Translations under genes and position numbers: made by a program | Shown: piece after piece, positions 12,729 through 26,250 of the stretch | How positions within the stretch are numbered: the stretch's first letter is position 1 | Layout of the letters: each line of letters begins with the position of its first letter | The notes under the pieces: model-generated | Told to the model about the DNA's origin: nothing | Seen by the model: the letters and a program-made list of their open reading frames with translations, nothing else | The model's database searches: none | Source of the DNA: Octopus sinensis | Taxonomy: Eukaryota | Assembly: GCF_006345805.1 (NCBI RefSeq) | Contig: NC_043013.1 | Span: 37,944,001-38,008,000, forward strand | DNA: 64,000 nucleotides | Reading direction: 5' to 3'

Positions 12729-13944
12729 TTCGTTGAAGTTGCCTTATAATAATTCGTACAGTTTTACTTCTCCATCAGACATATGTATTCTACGTTGTTT
12801 TGTACGCAGTATCTGCCTAGGGTGGAGTCTAGAGGAGTTCTGCAGCTATATAGTGGATGTCGAGGAAGATAAGTTACAGGCTCGGTTGTCACCCCATTTG
12901 TTATAAAATACGATGGGATACAGGCTAAGTTGGAATGTTCTCGAGTGACGGGTCCGGTTCCACTCGTCCTGGTAATATCCTCAATACATCCCTACTCTCG
13001 TATTTACTTTCGTCTTAGTAAATATATGTGAAGATATGAGTGTGACTGCGTGCGTTGATTTTCCTAAATGAGTACGAAGGTTGACGTGAATATTACCGCC
13101 TTCCTCATATCCCTCTATCACTTCTAGCATGTACTATGTCGCACACGTCACATTATATTCTGTTATACTAATGAACTTGGGCAAAAAATTGGAAAATTGG
13201 ATTATATTTGGGCAAACATCTAACTTCGCCTTATATTTTTCGCGGATTATATCAAGCAAGAGAGTTAATTTTATTGCACAATAGGGGCAACTGGCTTGTG
13301 CAATAATGACAATCGAATTGCGAGTACACGTGTATGTCATATAAATCTTAAAAATACAATTACGCTTTCTGTGTTTATCTTTATTATATTAATACTCACA
13401 ATAAAAGTTTGAGAGAGCTAACGGTGCGTCAACTCAATGTGTCGTTAACTGAAAGAGCTTGAAAATCGCTGATGTGGAACGTCGCTCATATATAACTGTA
13501 TAACTATAATCACCACGCACAAACACTTTTTTTTTTCGGTTCTGAAATGTATAAACTACTAGAAGATACTTATAATGGTGTTGAGCTGTTGAACAAATAC
13601 ATAAGATTGGCTCGAAGATGGATCATTTGGTTGAAAAGAAAGCTCACAAAAGAAAAATAATTACGGGCAACACTTCAACCAGAAACTAATTCGCTTATGT
13701 AAGTCTCAAATTTTTACTAATACCTGAACTGAAACTTAGCAACAGTACCACTAACAACAACAACACCAACACAACTAAACAACAACAATGTTTCAATCAC
13801 CACCATTGCCAATATCTACTCTCTTCATATTGAGAAGGTTCGTCTCAGTTTAAACGTTCGACTTAACAGACCTATCAGTTGAATTTCCCTCAGATCACAT
13901 CCTGCCGTCACATAATGCAACACATTTTATTATGGTTGTCCAGA

Positions 13945-14178
13945 GGAAAGGCAGTGAGTTTGCTGACTCGTTAGCACGTCTGATAAAATTCTAAGCAGTA
14001 TTTCGTCAGGAATTTTTACGCACTGAGTTCAAACTCAACTGAAGTTAACTTTGTTTTACGTCCTTTCCCTATCGATAACAAAATGTAAAAGTCAAGTACT
14101 GGGGACGATGTAATCGACTTTCCACAACCACTCCCCATCTCAACAGTGCTGGCCCTGTGGCAAAATTAGAAATAATTA
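13945..14178 (+). mobile_element. Degenerate family A SINE
   Basis: gactcgttagcacgtctgataaaattctaagcagtatttcgtc...ctgagttcaaactc...tactggggacgatgtaatcgact. Confidence 0.65.
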
Positions 14179-14180
14179 TA

Positions 14181-14410
14181 TAGGGTGTTCAAAACGTCTC
14201 TCCACGGTATTCAATGGTTTTCGGGTGATTCTTGTACACTGACACTTTACTTGCTCCCCAGAATAAAAAGTCTGGCGGTGTTAAATCAGGTGCTCTTGGT
14301 GGCCAAAGTCATTTCGAAATAATCCGTTCACCGAAAGCTCTTGAAGTAGCGCCATGGAGATGTGCAGGACGAAAAGAATTCACTGCGGAGAGACTTTTTT
14401 GAACACCCTG
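14181..14410 (-). mobile_element. Internally deleted Tc1/mariner-superfamily element (MITE)
   Basis: TIRs tagggtgttcaaaacgtctctcc / ggagagacttttttgaacaccctg, flanked by TA; minus strand 14258-14305 encodes WPPRAPDLTPPDFLFW. Confidence 0.85.
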
Positions 14411-14893
14411 TATAATCCAAAGAGTACAGCTGCGAGTTGACTGAACTGTAATCACGTCGAACAGAATAACTAAACCATTGAAATAAAAGATTATGTATAC
14501 GAGGGTTCTGTGTGTTTGAGAAAATATAATAGAATTGTTATGGCTGGAATCATTTTGACTATAATTATGCTCAATCAGGGCCGATATGGAACTAAACAAA
14601 AACGACGTTGATGATATAAACGTACCACCATGGCAAGCACCGGCACCCCCCTACACACACTTTCCTCTTACACTGCTATTTTTACTCCCCACCTGTATCA
14701 CCACAAAGGCTAACGTCTGAGCTCGTCTTATAGTGTTGACGTGTCATTCACCTCAGTTTTCGTTGCCGATGTCATTTTTGTTGTTATTGCTATTGCTGTT
14801 GCCGTTGTTATTGTTCTCGTTACATGAGTCATTATTTTTTTTTCAGATTTAATATAAGTGTCTGTGGGTCTGTATCCATATATATTTCTTTAT

Positions 14894-14973
<80 letters not shown>

Positions 14974-15141
14974 CGTGTGTGTGTATGTACTTTTATGTCT
15001 GGCTTTGTTCTTTTTTTTTCATTTAGACAACAGCTGCTACCTGCTCTAATATTGCATAAAATGCTTTCTTTTAAACTTTCTTTACTTTCAACATTTTAAC
15101 AAACATTAAGAGTGTTTTAATTGATGTCGATAATAGTGCTG

Positions 15142-15252
<111 letters not shown>

Positions 15253-15394
15253 ATTGTTTGTTATCACCGTTGCTTCGGCTGCTGCCGTTCTAGAATATGT
15301 TGGGAAATTAAAAAGCTATGATTAGACTGGCAGCATGATCTAATTTCTTGTTTAGTCTAGGAACAGGAAGGTATAAGCTTCGGTATAGGCAGGT

Positions 15395-15730
15395 GTGGCG
15401 GTGTGGTAAGAAGTTTCATTCCTAACCACATGGTTCGGGGTTCAGTCTCACTGCGTGGCACCTTGTCTGTCTATCTGTCTATTTGTCTATCTATCTATCT
15501 ATCATTCTGTCTGTCTGTCTCTCTGTCCGTCCGTCTATCTATCTATCTATCTCTATCTATCTATCTATCTATCTATCAATCTATCTAGCTATCTATCTAT
15601 CTATTTGTATGTTTATCTATACACTTATCTACCTATACTGACCTACCTACTAACTTACCTACCTTCCAACCTACACTTCTCTCTCTCTGTATATATATAT
15701 ATATATATATACATACATTCATACATACAT
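15395..15730 (+). repeat. 5' head of a family B SINE running into a (TCTA)n/(TA)n tract
   Basis: gtggcggtgtggtaagaagtttcattcctaaccacatggttcggggttcagtctcactgcgtggcacctt, followed by TCTA repeats. Confidence 0.75.
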
Positions 15731-16037
15731 ACATATACATATGTGTGTATGTGTGTGAATATATGTGTGTACATCTATCGATCAACATGTTCCATATACA
15801 TGCAAACATAAATACTCGTTTAAGCCCACTTTCACACAAGCACACATACACACTAGGTACGGACACGCAATTATAATAGAGGAGTGCTGGATTAGTGCTT
15901 GAAATAATCCAGACCCATAAAATCCAACCGTATAACCAGATTAATAATAATTCTACAGACAAGCGCCTACATTTGGTTACTGTTATCAGCTATAAACAAT
16001 GTTATGAATACAAAACCATAAATATATATGACATAGA

Positions 16038-16149
16038 AAAAATATATTCTTTGATAAATCTTTACAGCTGTTTCAAGATATAATCCTTGATGGATCTTTA
16101 CAGCTGTTTCAAAATATAACCCTTGATAGATCTTTACAGCTGTTTCCAG
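16038..16149. repeat. 36-bp tandem minisatellite (~3 units)
   Basis: Units ttgataaatctttacagctgtttcaagatataatcc / ttgatggatctttacagctgtttcaaaatataaccc / ttgatagatctttacagctgtttccag; no spacers. Confidence 0.9.
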
Positions 16150-16669
16150 ATTTTTTGGTGTATTAGTGAATATCTGCAATTTGCTGCAACAATACACATC
16201 AGACAATTAGAAATTATTATCAACATGAATATATGATATATTGATATGATCGAACTCTAAAGACCTACGTTCCGAGTTTTACTTACAGAAGGAAGAGTGA
16301 CATACGATCCTTCCTTCCGAAAAAATTAAATGGCGTAAATGATATAATGCCAAATACACGTGCATGTCCATCTGTATTCTCTTTTATATCAATGTATGTA
16401 TGTATGTATGTATGTATGTATGTATGTATGTATGTATGTATGTCCACTAGAATATCACATTGGTACCCGATATTTGACTCATGCGTAATTCTACCAATCC
16501 CTGTGGAAGGGATATGAAAGTTTATCTCGGCACACTTGGTGATCCGAAATCAGAACATAAAGAACCTTACATGTTACAAGGTACTTTGTCTAATGTCCTA
16601 GTGGTTATTTCAGTTGACCGCTTTTCTATCACAGATCCATTCGCTCTCTTTCTCTGTGTATATATGCAT

Positions 16670-16739
<70 letters not shown>

Positions 16740-16894
16740 CGAATTCTTTTCTTTTATGAACTTTTCACGCTAACTACCTGATAATTTCTTGTTAAGATAC
16801 CTTATGAAGAAGTTATCCTCAATTGTTAAATATATATATATATATATATGCAGTCATTTTACTGTGACCATGCTGGAGCACTGCCTTTTTAGAT

Positions 16895-17245
16895 GCTTTG
16901 GGAACCAGACAAAAATTGCTGCAGCTCGGCTGGGATGTGTTACCCCACCCTCCAAATTCACCAGATATTGCTCCTTCAGATTTCCACTTATTCAGGTATT
17001 TGCAGAATAGTCATAACGGTAAAAATTTCAATTACTTGAGTGACGTAAAAAGATACCTTGATGAATTCTTTGCCATGAAACCACCTCAATTCTGGGAAGA
17101 GGGTATTTTCAAGTTAAAGGAAAGATGGAGATGCATTGTGCTACAAAATGGTTCATATTTGGTTGATTAAAAATGTAATGGCAAGTATTTATTGACCTTT
17201 TTCTTTCCTTTAAAAATCAGCACGAACTTTCTGGACAACCCAATA
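16895..17245 (+). mobile_element. Mariner transposon 3' fragment (transposase C-terminus plus right TIR)
   Basis: ORF 16898-17170 has LGWDVLPHPPNSPDIAPSDFHLF (mariner YSPDLAPSD motif) and W..GI.KL.ERW; TIR aaaaatcagcacgaactttctggacaacccaa-ta. Confidence 0.92.
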
Positions 17246-17915
17246 TACTTGTTACTCATAAGTATTGTCTAACAACCATAAGAATAACAGAGAAATGGGC
17301 CGGATTGCGCCTTTCTCAGAACATTACCAACCTAATTAGCGATTAGCATATTTAAGTTTGGAAGAACATCTTGTCTACGATCTCAGTTTGCCGGAGCCAA
17401 ATCTCTTGATCCCTGATTTCCATCATTATTACAAAATATATGTCTAATGATTATGTTTTGCTGTTTTATCCTTCCCATCTTCTTATTTTGAAAATGGATA
17501 TTTTGCAAAACACACGTGCGAATACATTTGAATCTCAGGTATATAAAATATCTACACGTGCGTTACTCTGCTTTTGTCAGCGTTTCTGTTTGTCTGCATG
17601 AGTGGCAGCTGTTCGAGTTAACAGGGTGTCACATTGCAAGCAAAACAGAGTCGACGACAATCCGTATGCTAGAACAAGCTGCACTGTTTCCATTCATAAA
17701 ACAAATATGACAGACTTCAATTTAGCTGTAAATAAATAACACGATTCCGTAAAACCCATTGCGCATAGACCAGTATATAATTGATTTCTCTCGGCAACAC
17801 ACAAAGCATCCCTTCCTAGGAAACAAATACATACGGATAGATCGATGAAGCGTCAGTACACATACATATACATACACACACACACACATGCACACGTGCA
17901 ACATAGAAATACCTG

Positions 17916-17951
<36 letters not shown>

Positions 17952-18457
17952 TACACACACACATATATATATACCCATATATATGATAGTCATTAAAACC
18001 CTGTTTGAATATTGCTTGCTTGCAATGTTACTCAACCAAACTGGCGAATAACGAGAAAATACTATAAATGAACTAACCTTGAAATGTTAATACGAACAGA
18101 ATGAAATAAGTTTCGAGTAAAACGGAGCAGTAATTATTGAGATACTCAGGGTTTGCGGGGTATAAATACCCAAAACGGTGCATACTGTGGAAATGTTCCG
18201 AATTTAACATTATCCTGAAAAGGAAGAAACTCTAAACTATCGAAGTTGCATTAGTTGAAAGCATGCGAAATAACCTGGAAAAGAAAAAACCCGCGAAATA
18301 AAACTCCGTTTCTGGGAAACTCAGAGTTTCACGGTTACCCGGAAACACAGAGTTCCCTGGTCAGAGGTAGTCTAGCATATATATATATATATATATATAT
18401 ACATATTTTTCTCTCTAGTTTCAGCTCAGAGCTGCGGCCATGCTGATGCACCACCGT

Positions 18458-18513
<56 letters not shown>

Positions 18514-18859
18514 ACAACTGATGAAGCGGAATATTCTTATGCTTCATGTCAAGTTTCTCTGTTTTTTTCGTTGTTCGAAAAAATATTAGTTTTCTATGTT
18601 TTAGTTTTTATGTTTACGTTTCTCATTGTTTTCAACGTTTTTTGATGTCCTGTGCAAGTATATATACATATACATGTAGGTATGTACTTATATGTATGTA
18701 TATATGCTTATATTTATATATTATTCATATTTATATATATATATATATTATATATATATATATAGTTATAGATATAGAAATATGGATATATTTGCCGCCA
18801 TCGCTGTACGTGAAGGCAAATTCCACTCTTATAACATCAGGTTAGTGTAGAGGTTAAAA

Positions 18860-19490
18860 ACACCCACTGTGTACCCGTTTCAACCTCATTCACATTGTTC
18901 ACCCTCCGTCCATGCGGCAAATGAGCTATGGCTCAGAAAAGTTGGTAATCTGATGATGCAAGGTGAGGCAGCATGTCCGGTCCCTAAAGTTTGCCCTTAA
19001 ATCACATTAGCAGTGTGTGCAAGGGTATGGTCAATCTGTAGGAATACACCTCTTCGATTGACTAATGCCGAGTAGCAGGCTTTCAGAGTATCACAAAATT
19101 CACATTGCAGTTGTTGAGCACAATAAAAGTTAGCGTTCTCAGCATGACCATTAGGGGCAAGCTCAAAGTGCAACATCCCTCGAAATTTGACCAAATACAT
19201 ATAACATTCTATTCGAACTACCCAAGTTTGAAAACATATTCTGAAGCTTGGCTAGAACGAAGAAAACTTATTTCTCTTATTAGAATTATGAAAATAGGAT
19301 CCATTTTTCATCCTCAGTTACAATTCGTTGCCCAAATCCGACATTTTGCGGATTTGGCAGCAGTTGTTTGCAAATGTTCACACGACATTGAGACTGATCA
19401 TTGGTTAGTTCATGATGAACTTCTCGACGGCTTCAGTTTGTTGGGGTGACGATTGAAGGTTCTTTGTGAAGGAACAAGTCCTGCCGTTAC
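18860..19490 (-). mobile_element. Decayed mariner transposase (DD34D catalytic domain region)
   Basis: Minus strand: VNICKQLL..QRIVTEDEKW (~19300-19380) and GMLHFELAPNG..NANFYC..LVNRRGVFLQIDHTLAHTA (18997-19200). Confidence 0.8.
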
Positions 19491-19627
19491 TGTACCTTTC
19501 GGCGTGGATAAAATAAGAACCAGTTAAAAACTGGGGTCGATATAATCGACTTACCCTTACCCAGAAATTGCTGGCCATGCGCCAAAATTTGAAATGATTA
19601 TTGTTATTGTTATTAGTATTATTATTA

Positions 19628-19695
<68 letters not shown>

Positions 19696-19744
19696 TTATC
19701 ATCATCATCATCATCGTCATCATCATTATTATCGTTATTTTTTA

Positions 19745-19945
19745 AGGTGACGAGCTGGCAGAGCACGCCGGCCGAAATGCTTTATGGTATATCGTTACGT
19801 TCTGAGTTCAAATTCTGCTGAGGTTGAGTTTGGTTTTCCTCTTTTCGGGGTCGATCAATTAATCCCCAGTTGAGTACTGGGGTCGATGTGATCGACTGAT
19901 CCCTGTCCACGAAATGCAGGCCTTGTGCTTATAGTCGAAAGCATT
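19745..19945 (+). mobile_element. Family A SINE (monomer, short tail)
   Basis: ggtgacgagctggcagagcacgccggccgaaatgc...ttctgagttcaaattctgctgagg...caggccttgtgcttatag. Confidence 0.8.
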
Positions 19946-19955
19946 ATTATTATTA

Positions 19956-20029
<74 letters not shown>

Positions 20030-20084
20030 GTCCCCATCATTCTTCAGCCTTGTGACAAATAAATCAAATCGTTATTATAAAAGG

Positions 20085-20545
20085 TGACGTGCTGGCAGAA
20101 ACGTTTGCACGCCGGGCGAAATGCTTAGCGGTATTTCGTCTGTCGTCATGTTCTGAGCTCAAATTCCGCCGAAATCGACTTTGCCTTTCATCCTTTCGGG
20201 GTCGATTAAATAAGTACCAATTACGCACTAGGGTCGATGTAATCGACTTAATCCGTTTGTCTGTCCTTGTTTGTCCTCTTTGTGTTTAGCCCCTGGTGGG
20301 CAATAAAGAAATAAGAAACTTTAGCACGCCGGGCGAAATGCTTAGCCGTATTTCGTCTGCCGCTATGTTCTGAGTTCAAATTCCGCCGAGGTCGTCTTTG
20401 CCTTTCATCCTTTCGGAGTCGATTAAATAAGTACCAGTTACGCACTGGGGTCGATGTACTCGACTTAATCCGTTTATCTGTCCTTGTTTGTCCCCCCTGT
20501 GTTTAGCCCCTTGTGGGTAGTAAAGAAATAGGTATTTCGTCTGTG
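20085..20545 (+). mobile_element. Family A SINE, head-to-tail multimer
   Basis: Two complete internal units; junctions aaagaaataagaaactttagcacgcc (~20303-20330) and aaagaaataggtatttcgtctg (~20522-20543). Confidence 0.88.
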
Positions 20546-21518
20546 TGTCTGTGAATGTGCGTGTGCGTCTCTACACATTTCTATAGATATTTAAAGAGAT
20601 AGATGATATACATATTGTATATAGCGATATAGATTCCTTTGTATATATGCGTATATAATGTATATAAGTACTACGAATGTATGCATGCTTGTATGTACAT
20701 ACTTATCTCTGAACATCCCGACGTAAATATTTACGAATCCGCGTCGATACGTGTACACACTTAGATACGCATGTATGTATTTATGTATGTATGTATGTAT
20801 GTATGTATGTATGTATGTATGTATGTATGTATGTATGTTGAATGCATGTCTAAACGTATACATTTGAATTTATGTCTGTATGCACGTATGTATGTGTGTA
20901 TGCATGAATATATATGTGTGTATGTATATATGTATCTATGTATCTATGTCTGAAATATATATATATTTGTGTGTATGTACGGATGTATGTCCGTATGCAT
21001 TAATGCACGTATGTATGCCTAAATTTATGTATGTAAGTATGTATGTATGTATGTATGTATGCATGTATGTAAGACTGTCGATAAACGTAAACTTATATCC
21101 TATCGCAACTTTTTTCATCTGTTTCCGCACTTTTAATTTTGAGTTCTGTTACTTTACTATCTTTTTTATACTTCCTACATTCAATCACTTTCATTTACGC
21201 TTTATTCTGTATTGTTCATGAATTTACTACATCCTATATGCGATAAAAATTTATACATATATATATATATATATATCTATATATATAGATATATATATAT
21301 GTACATATATTAATCATGTGATGTTGGCATATTTTGTGGTGCACTTAGTTATTGACATAATTGTGTCAATTCATAGATTTTGTCTTTTTTAGACTGGGCA
21401 TTCTGACAAGTGAAAATCTCTCTCTTGCAAATTATTGCATGATCAAGATTTCGGTTTTCTTTTCCGTATTTAATTTTATTTTTTCTCTACCATTTTTTTT
21501 TATTCTTGTCTCCTTAAC

Positions 21519-21554
21519 ATCACCTACGAAATATTTTACAAGAAACGTAGTGAT
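21519..21554 (+). ncRNA. Degenerate minimal hammerhead-like motif (core G5 missing)
   Basis: AUCAC-CU(-)ACGA-AAUAUUUUACAA-GAAA-CG-UA-GUGAU: perfect 5-bp stem I and palindromic ACGU stem III; abuts (TA)n. Confidence 0.35.
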
Positions 21555-21564
21555 ATATATATAT

Positions 21565-21596
<32 letters not shown>

Positions 21597-21745
21597 GATC
21601 TATATATATATATATTTATATACATACATAGCTATATACATATAGTTAGATGGATACATATACACTTCAAAATATATATGAATGAATATATATGTATATA
21701 TATATATAATATGTATATATATGTATATATATATATATATATATA

Positions 21746-21787
<42 letters not shown>

Positions 21788-21949
21788 ATGGCAAAATCTC
21801 ACACGGCCTTATGGTATTTTTGCTTCTCGATATAATTTCAAAAATTTTCTTACCATCTACAGTAATTTTTTGGGTGGTAATTTTAACTCTTTTTTTTTCT
21901 TCTCTTATGTTAAGTACATCACTTTCTTTTTCATATATTTATTATCTTC

Positions 21950-22008
21950 ATCTACTTATCATCACCGTCATCATCATCGTTACCATCATCATCATCTTCA
22001 TCATCATC

Positions 22009-22044
<36 letters not shown>

Positions 22045-22300
22045 TTTCATACTGATCATTATCCTCAGGATCAGCATCGTCGCCTTCATCATCGTTGCTA
22101 TCATCATCATCATCATCATAATCGTCATCACTACGGACGTCGTTATTCATCATCATCATCATCGTCGTCGTCGTCATCGTCATCATCGTCATCATCATCG
22201 TCATTATCATCCTCAACATCATCATCCCCATCATCATCATCATCATCATCATCACCATCATCATTGTCATCATCAACATCACGATCATCTTCATCATCGT
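21950..22300. repeat. (CAT)n/(CGT)n compound microsatellite
   Basis: Direct inspection. Confidence 0.95.
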
Positions 22301-23288
22301 CAGCTCTTATTTTTCCTCTTTTCGTCTGAAGGGGTTTTTTTTGTGTGATTTCATGTATTTGTTTTATTTTTTAATTTTTTTTCCCGCGTTCAATACCAAT
22401 TAATTTTCTTCCTATTTTACTCTTACTACTCTAACCCCTCACAACCCCCCCCCTTGCCACCGCCATTTCATTCAGTTTCCCCTCTTCTCTCATCACTTCT
22501 CACTTCTTATCCACTTCCTCTTCTTCCTGCTTCTCATCCGTCTCCTCCTACTCATCCAACTACTCCCTTCCTAATTTTCCGATTGTAGCTCTTCCATCTC
22601 TCTACTTCCAACCACATACTTTTCTCTCCTCTTACTCCCCCTCCAATTCCCCCTCCTACCCTTTACTCTACGTATTCCTCTCCTTATCCAACGTACTTTC
22701 CAGTGTTCTTACTAGTCTTTCTTCCTCTCTTTTTATCTCTTGTTTTTTCCTGATTTTTTTTTTCTTTTACATCGTGGTTTTATTTTATTTACGTTTTTTT
22801 CCATCCTATTTTTCCGTCAATTTAAACAGTCTTTTAGTTTTTTCATGTCATTTTATTGGACTTTAATTTACTTTAAACATTTCTGTCTGTCAATTTTTTT
22901 CTTCATTATTTAATACAATGTTTTGGTTGTTCTTTTGTTTTTTTGCTTTTATTTGTTTATTTATTCATTTATTTATTTATTCGCCCGTTCAGCTGTGTTG
23001 AAACCGTGATTTATGACTTAAATATCAAAGTTGTTGGCGATAAAAATTTTTTAAAATGTAAAAATAATTTTTTTTAAAACATCTAGTTGTAAATTAAAAG
23101 AAATGGTTAAACTGAATTTGTTTTCAAATTAAAATTCAGTTTCAAAATGAGGTTTTGTAACATTTAGCGTATCTTTTACATTAATTTTTTTTTTTACTAT
23201 GGTGTTTTAAAATATATTGTTGTTATTTTTTATTATACATATTCCGCGGGAAATATTTTTGCATATATGTTTTGTAAATATATTTGTG

Positions 23289-23348
<60 letters not shown>

Positions 23349-23379
23349 GTATGTATGCATGTATGTATGTATGTATACA

Positions 23380-23471
23380 CAGTATTCCCTCGCCATATAG
23401 CGGTTTATTATTTAAACTTACGCGTATTCATCTGTGGTGTGGTTTTGCACTCATTCACCCATCGATATCTG

Positions 23472-23504
<33 letters not shown>

Positions 23505-23599
23505 TAATGTAAAATATAGTATTGTTTCTACGTCACGGATTATCAGCTATCGCAGTGGGGTTTTGGAACGTAACACCCGTAATAATCGAGGGATTACTG
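23380..23599. mobile_element. Tigger/pogo-like MITE containing a (TA)n tract
   Basis: TIRs cagtattccctcg / cgagggattactg; related copy at 41155-41369. Confidence 0.75.
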
Positions 23600-23789
23600 A
23601 GTTTGTGTGTGTGTTAATATACTTGGAATTGATTCAATCCATAGGTTACTGAAGCAAGGATCGAATAATTGATTCATCAACCACGTATAGAGTTATCTAT
23701 TATTTATTACAGTGATATCCATTAATGGGGGTTGAGTATCATTAAATCATTTTTAAAAAATAATTTTCTGATTACATAATTATCACCTC

Positions 23790-24200
23790 TTTTACTCTTT
23801 TACTCTTTTGCTTCTTTCAGTCATCTGACTGCGGCCATGCTAGAGCACCACCTTTAGTCGAGCAAATCAACCCCAGGACTTATTCTTTGGAAGCCTAGTA
23901 CTTATTCTATCGTTTTTCTTTTGCCGTACCGCCAAGTTACGGGGACGTAAACACACTAGCATCGGTTGTCAAGCGATGGTAGGGGGACAAACACAGACAC
24001 ACAAGCATATACACATACATATATATATATATATACATATATACGACGGTTTCCGTCTATCAAAATCCACTCACAAGGCTTTTGTAGGCCTGAGGCTATA
24101 GTGGAAGACACTTGTCCAAGGTGCCACGCAGTGGGAATGAACCCAGAACCATGTGGTTGGTAAGCAAGCTACTTACCACGTATCCACTCCTGTGCCTTGA
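23790..24200 (-). mobile_element. Family B SINE, near full length
   Basis: tactcttttactc..gcggccatgctagagcaccacc..ccactcacaagg..gacacttgtccaaggtgccacgcagtggg..ccactcctgtgcc. Confidence 0.9.
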
Positions 24201-24716
24201 AAACTTTTGTTTATATTTTTCTTATAAAAATGTGTTCCTCAAAAATCAATGAATTTCCTTTTCTCTAGCATTAGCTGAAGAAAAAAAGCAACACTAATGG
24301 CGATCAAAATGTTTACAAATGCTATTGGTGACGTTAGTAATCATAATGTTTGTTCCAAATATAATGTTCATAGTACAGAATCTTTAGTTGATTGGTTGGT
24401 TGGTCCGTTGCTTGGTGGTGCGGTTAATTAAACCAAACACAGCACTTGATAACTGCTTTATTTGATAGTACCTATAACAAATAAAGGCGAGACTAACACC
24501 GTTGAAATTTGAACGGAGAACGTAAAAGTTCAGAAGAAACCTCACCATGCAGTTTCCACTACGGTCTACAGATGTTCTATATCTGTCGCTCCTGTCTTCA
24601 TTTCGAAATTCAAACAATATCGCAAACACATTGCAAAGTCTGTATAGACTGACTCACATGAATGCATGCACATATTTGTGAGTAAATTCTATGTGCTTCT
24701 ACGTTTAGCAAAGTCA

Positions 24717-24779
<63 letters not shown>

Positions 24780-24785
24780 CTATCT

Positions 24786-24821
<36 letters not shown>

Positions 24822-24914
24822 CTCTCTTTCTCTTCCTATCATCTTTCATGGTTTGAGACCCCCATCGACTCAACGAATGTTGTAGATAAGTTCATATGGG
24901 CGTGTCACAATGTT

Positions 24915-24951
<37 letters not shown>

Positions 24952-25389
24952 CAGACAGAGAGAGAGAGAACGTAAATATAAGCAGGTAAATATAATGTAG
25001 GATTTTTCTCTGGAAAATTCTACCCATACTTATATCCACTTCCATTGTGAGTCTACTAAATTTCATATGGACATAAAAGCAATGGTAAGGACTCGGTTTG
25101 GTGGGGGTTCGTTACCTCTTTACACTCTCTACAGAGTTTTATTACCACTAGATTTGTACTTTATCAGTCCTGGTTTGGAAAGAAGCATCTACTTAACCCC
25201 TCACGCCACTTCTTTTTCGCTCCTGTGTTTGTACATTATTCTTTGAATATCGACACTGAAATTTTAGTCGAAAATTAAATGAGAAAGTTCACTCTAAAGG
25301 GAGTATTTTTTTTAAAGGAATTTTCCGTCCTATTGAAGGTCCTACAACGATTTTTATTTTTGAGAACTCTAATCTGAAGATAATTTCAA

Positions 25390-26250
25390 CTTTAAGCTAA
25401 ATGTATTCCTCCTTTTTGGAACGTAATCTTAAAGTAGCAAGGCATAAAATTATTCAAAACTAGTTTGGTTTTGTGAATACATGGCGTGAACAGTTCCGTT
25501 TTCATGATTAAACTGTAGGATCTGGGAACAAAATACTTATAATAACCTCCTACAAAAGATACACCACAATTTGATCTAAAGCTACCATTCATATAAGCTT
25601 CTGTTTCATCCAAATTCGACTGAGTAATTGTGAATTTGTATAGGATTGTCTAATGAAAACCTATAAATGTTGAGAAAGCCGTACCATATTCTTATCATGA
25701 TTGATAGATGAATGTTGATGCTTATAGTATCAACTTTTAAACGGCATCTCAGTAACTGTTATATGTGATTTCAGTTCATCGCTGTTATTGGCTTCATATT
25801 TAAGACTATATATCTGTCAATAATTTTGTATGTACTGCAATAATAATAACATCCGTTGAATCGCACAGCCTTTACGACAGCGGACATTGCTCGGTTACAG
25901 ATGCTAAAGGTTACAGGTGTCTAAAGGTAATTCTGTATCAACCAGCTTTAGAAAAACCCGGCATAGAAACCTACTAATGCAGCTTTTTTGTTCATTCCAC
26001 TGTTGTTAATGTCATTTCTTACAAATGGAGAGGCCCTTGAAACCTTAGGAAGGACCATGTTCGTAAAACTACACTTTAAACTTCCTGCCAAGTTGCAGTT
26101 GTAGACAGCATTTAGCCTCTATTTCAAATTGGCCTTAGTCTCAATCCGCCTGACATCATTTACATTTTATGAGTACTGCGGTGACTTGATCAAAGCTCTT
26201 AGATGTTTACTCCTTGATCCTTAGACTAACCTATCCCCTAATTTCAAAGT
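25390..26250 (-). pseudogene. Highly decayed LINE reverse-transcriptase region (clade not resolved)
   Basis: Frameshifted minus-strand segments resembling KS...D.V...LIK (~26190), NY.P.....I (~25920), KVD...L..I.YG (~25700) and S.CGV...G (~25560), in RT order. Confidence 0.35.

Noticed and set aside
13134-13340. ORF with IVIIAQASCPYC, superficially glutaredoxin-like
   Set aside because: Similarity is limited to CPYC, which falls in the loop of a DNA hairpin (ttattgcaca..tgtgcaataa, ~13270-13305); no downstream glutaredoxin motifs are present.
16038-16149. 36-bp repeats as a CRISPR array
   Set aside because: The units are contiguous with no spacers, there are no cas genes, and the context is eukaryotic.
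18510-18560. CUGAUGA after (TA)n as a hammerhead
   Set aside because: It is followed by a hairpin but no GAAA/stem III; incomplete.
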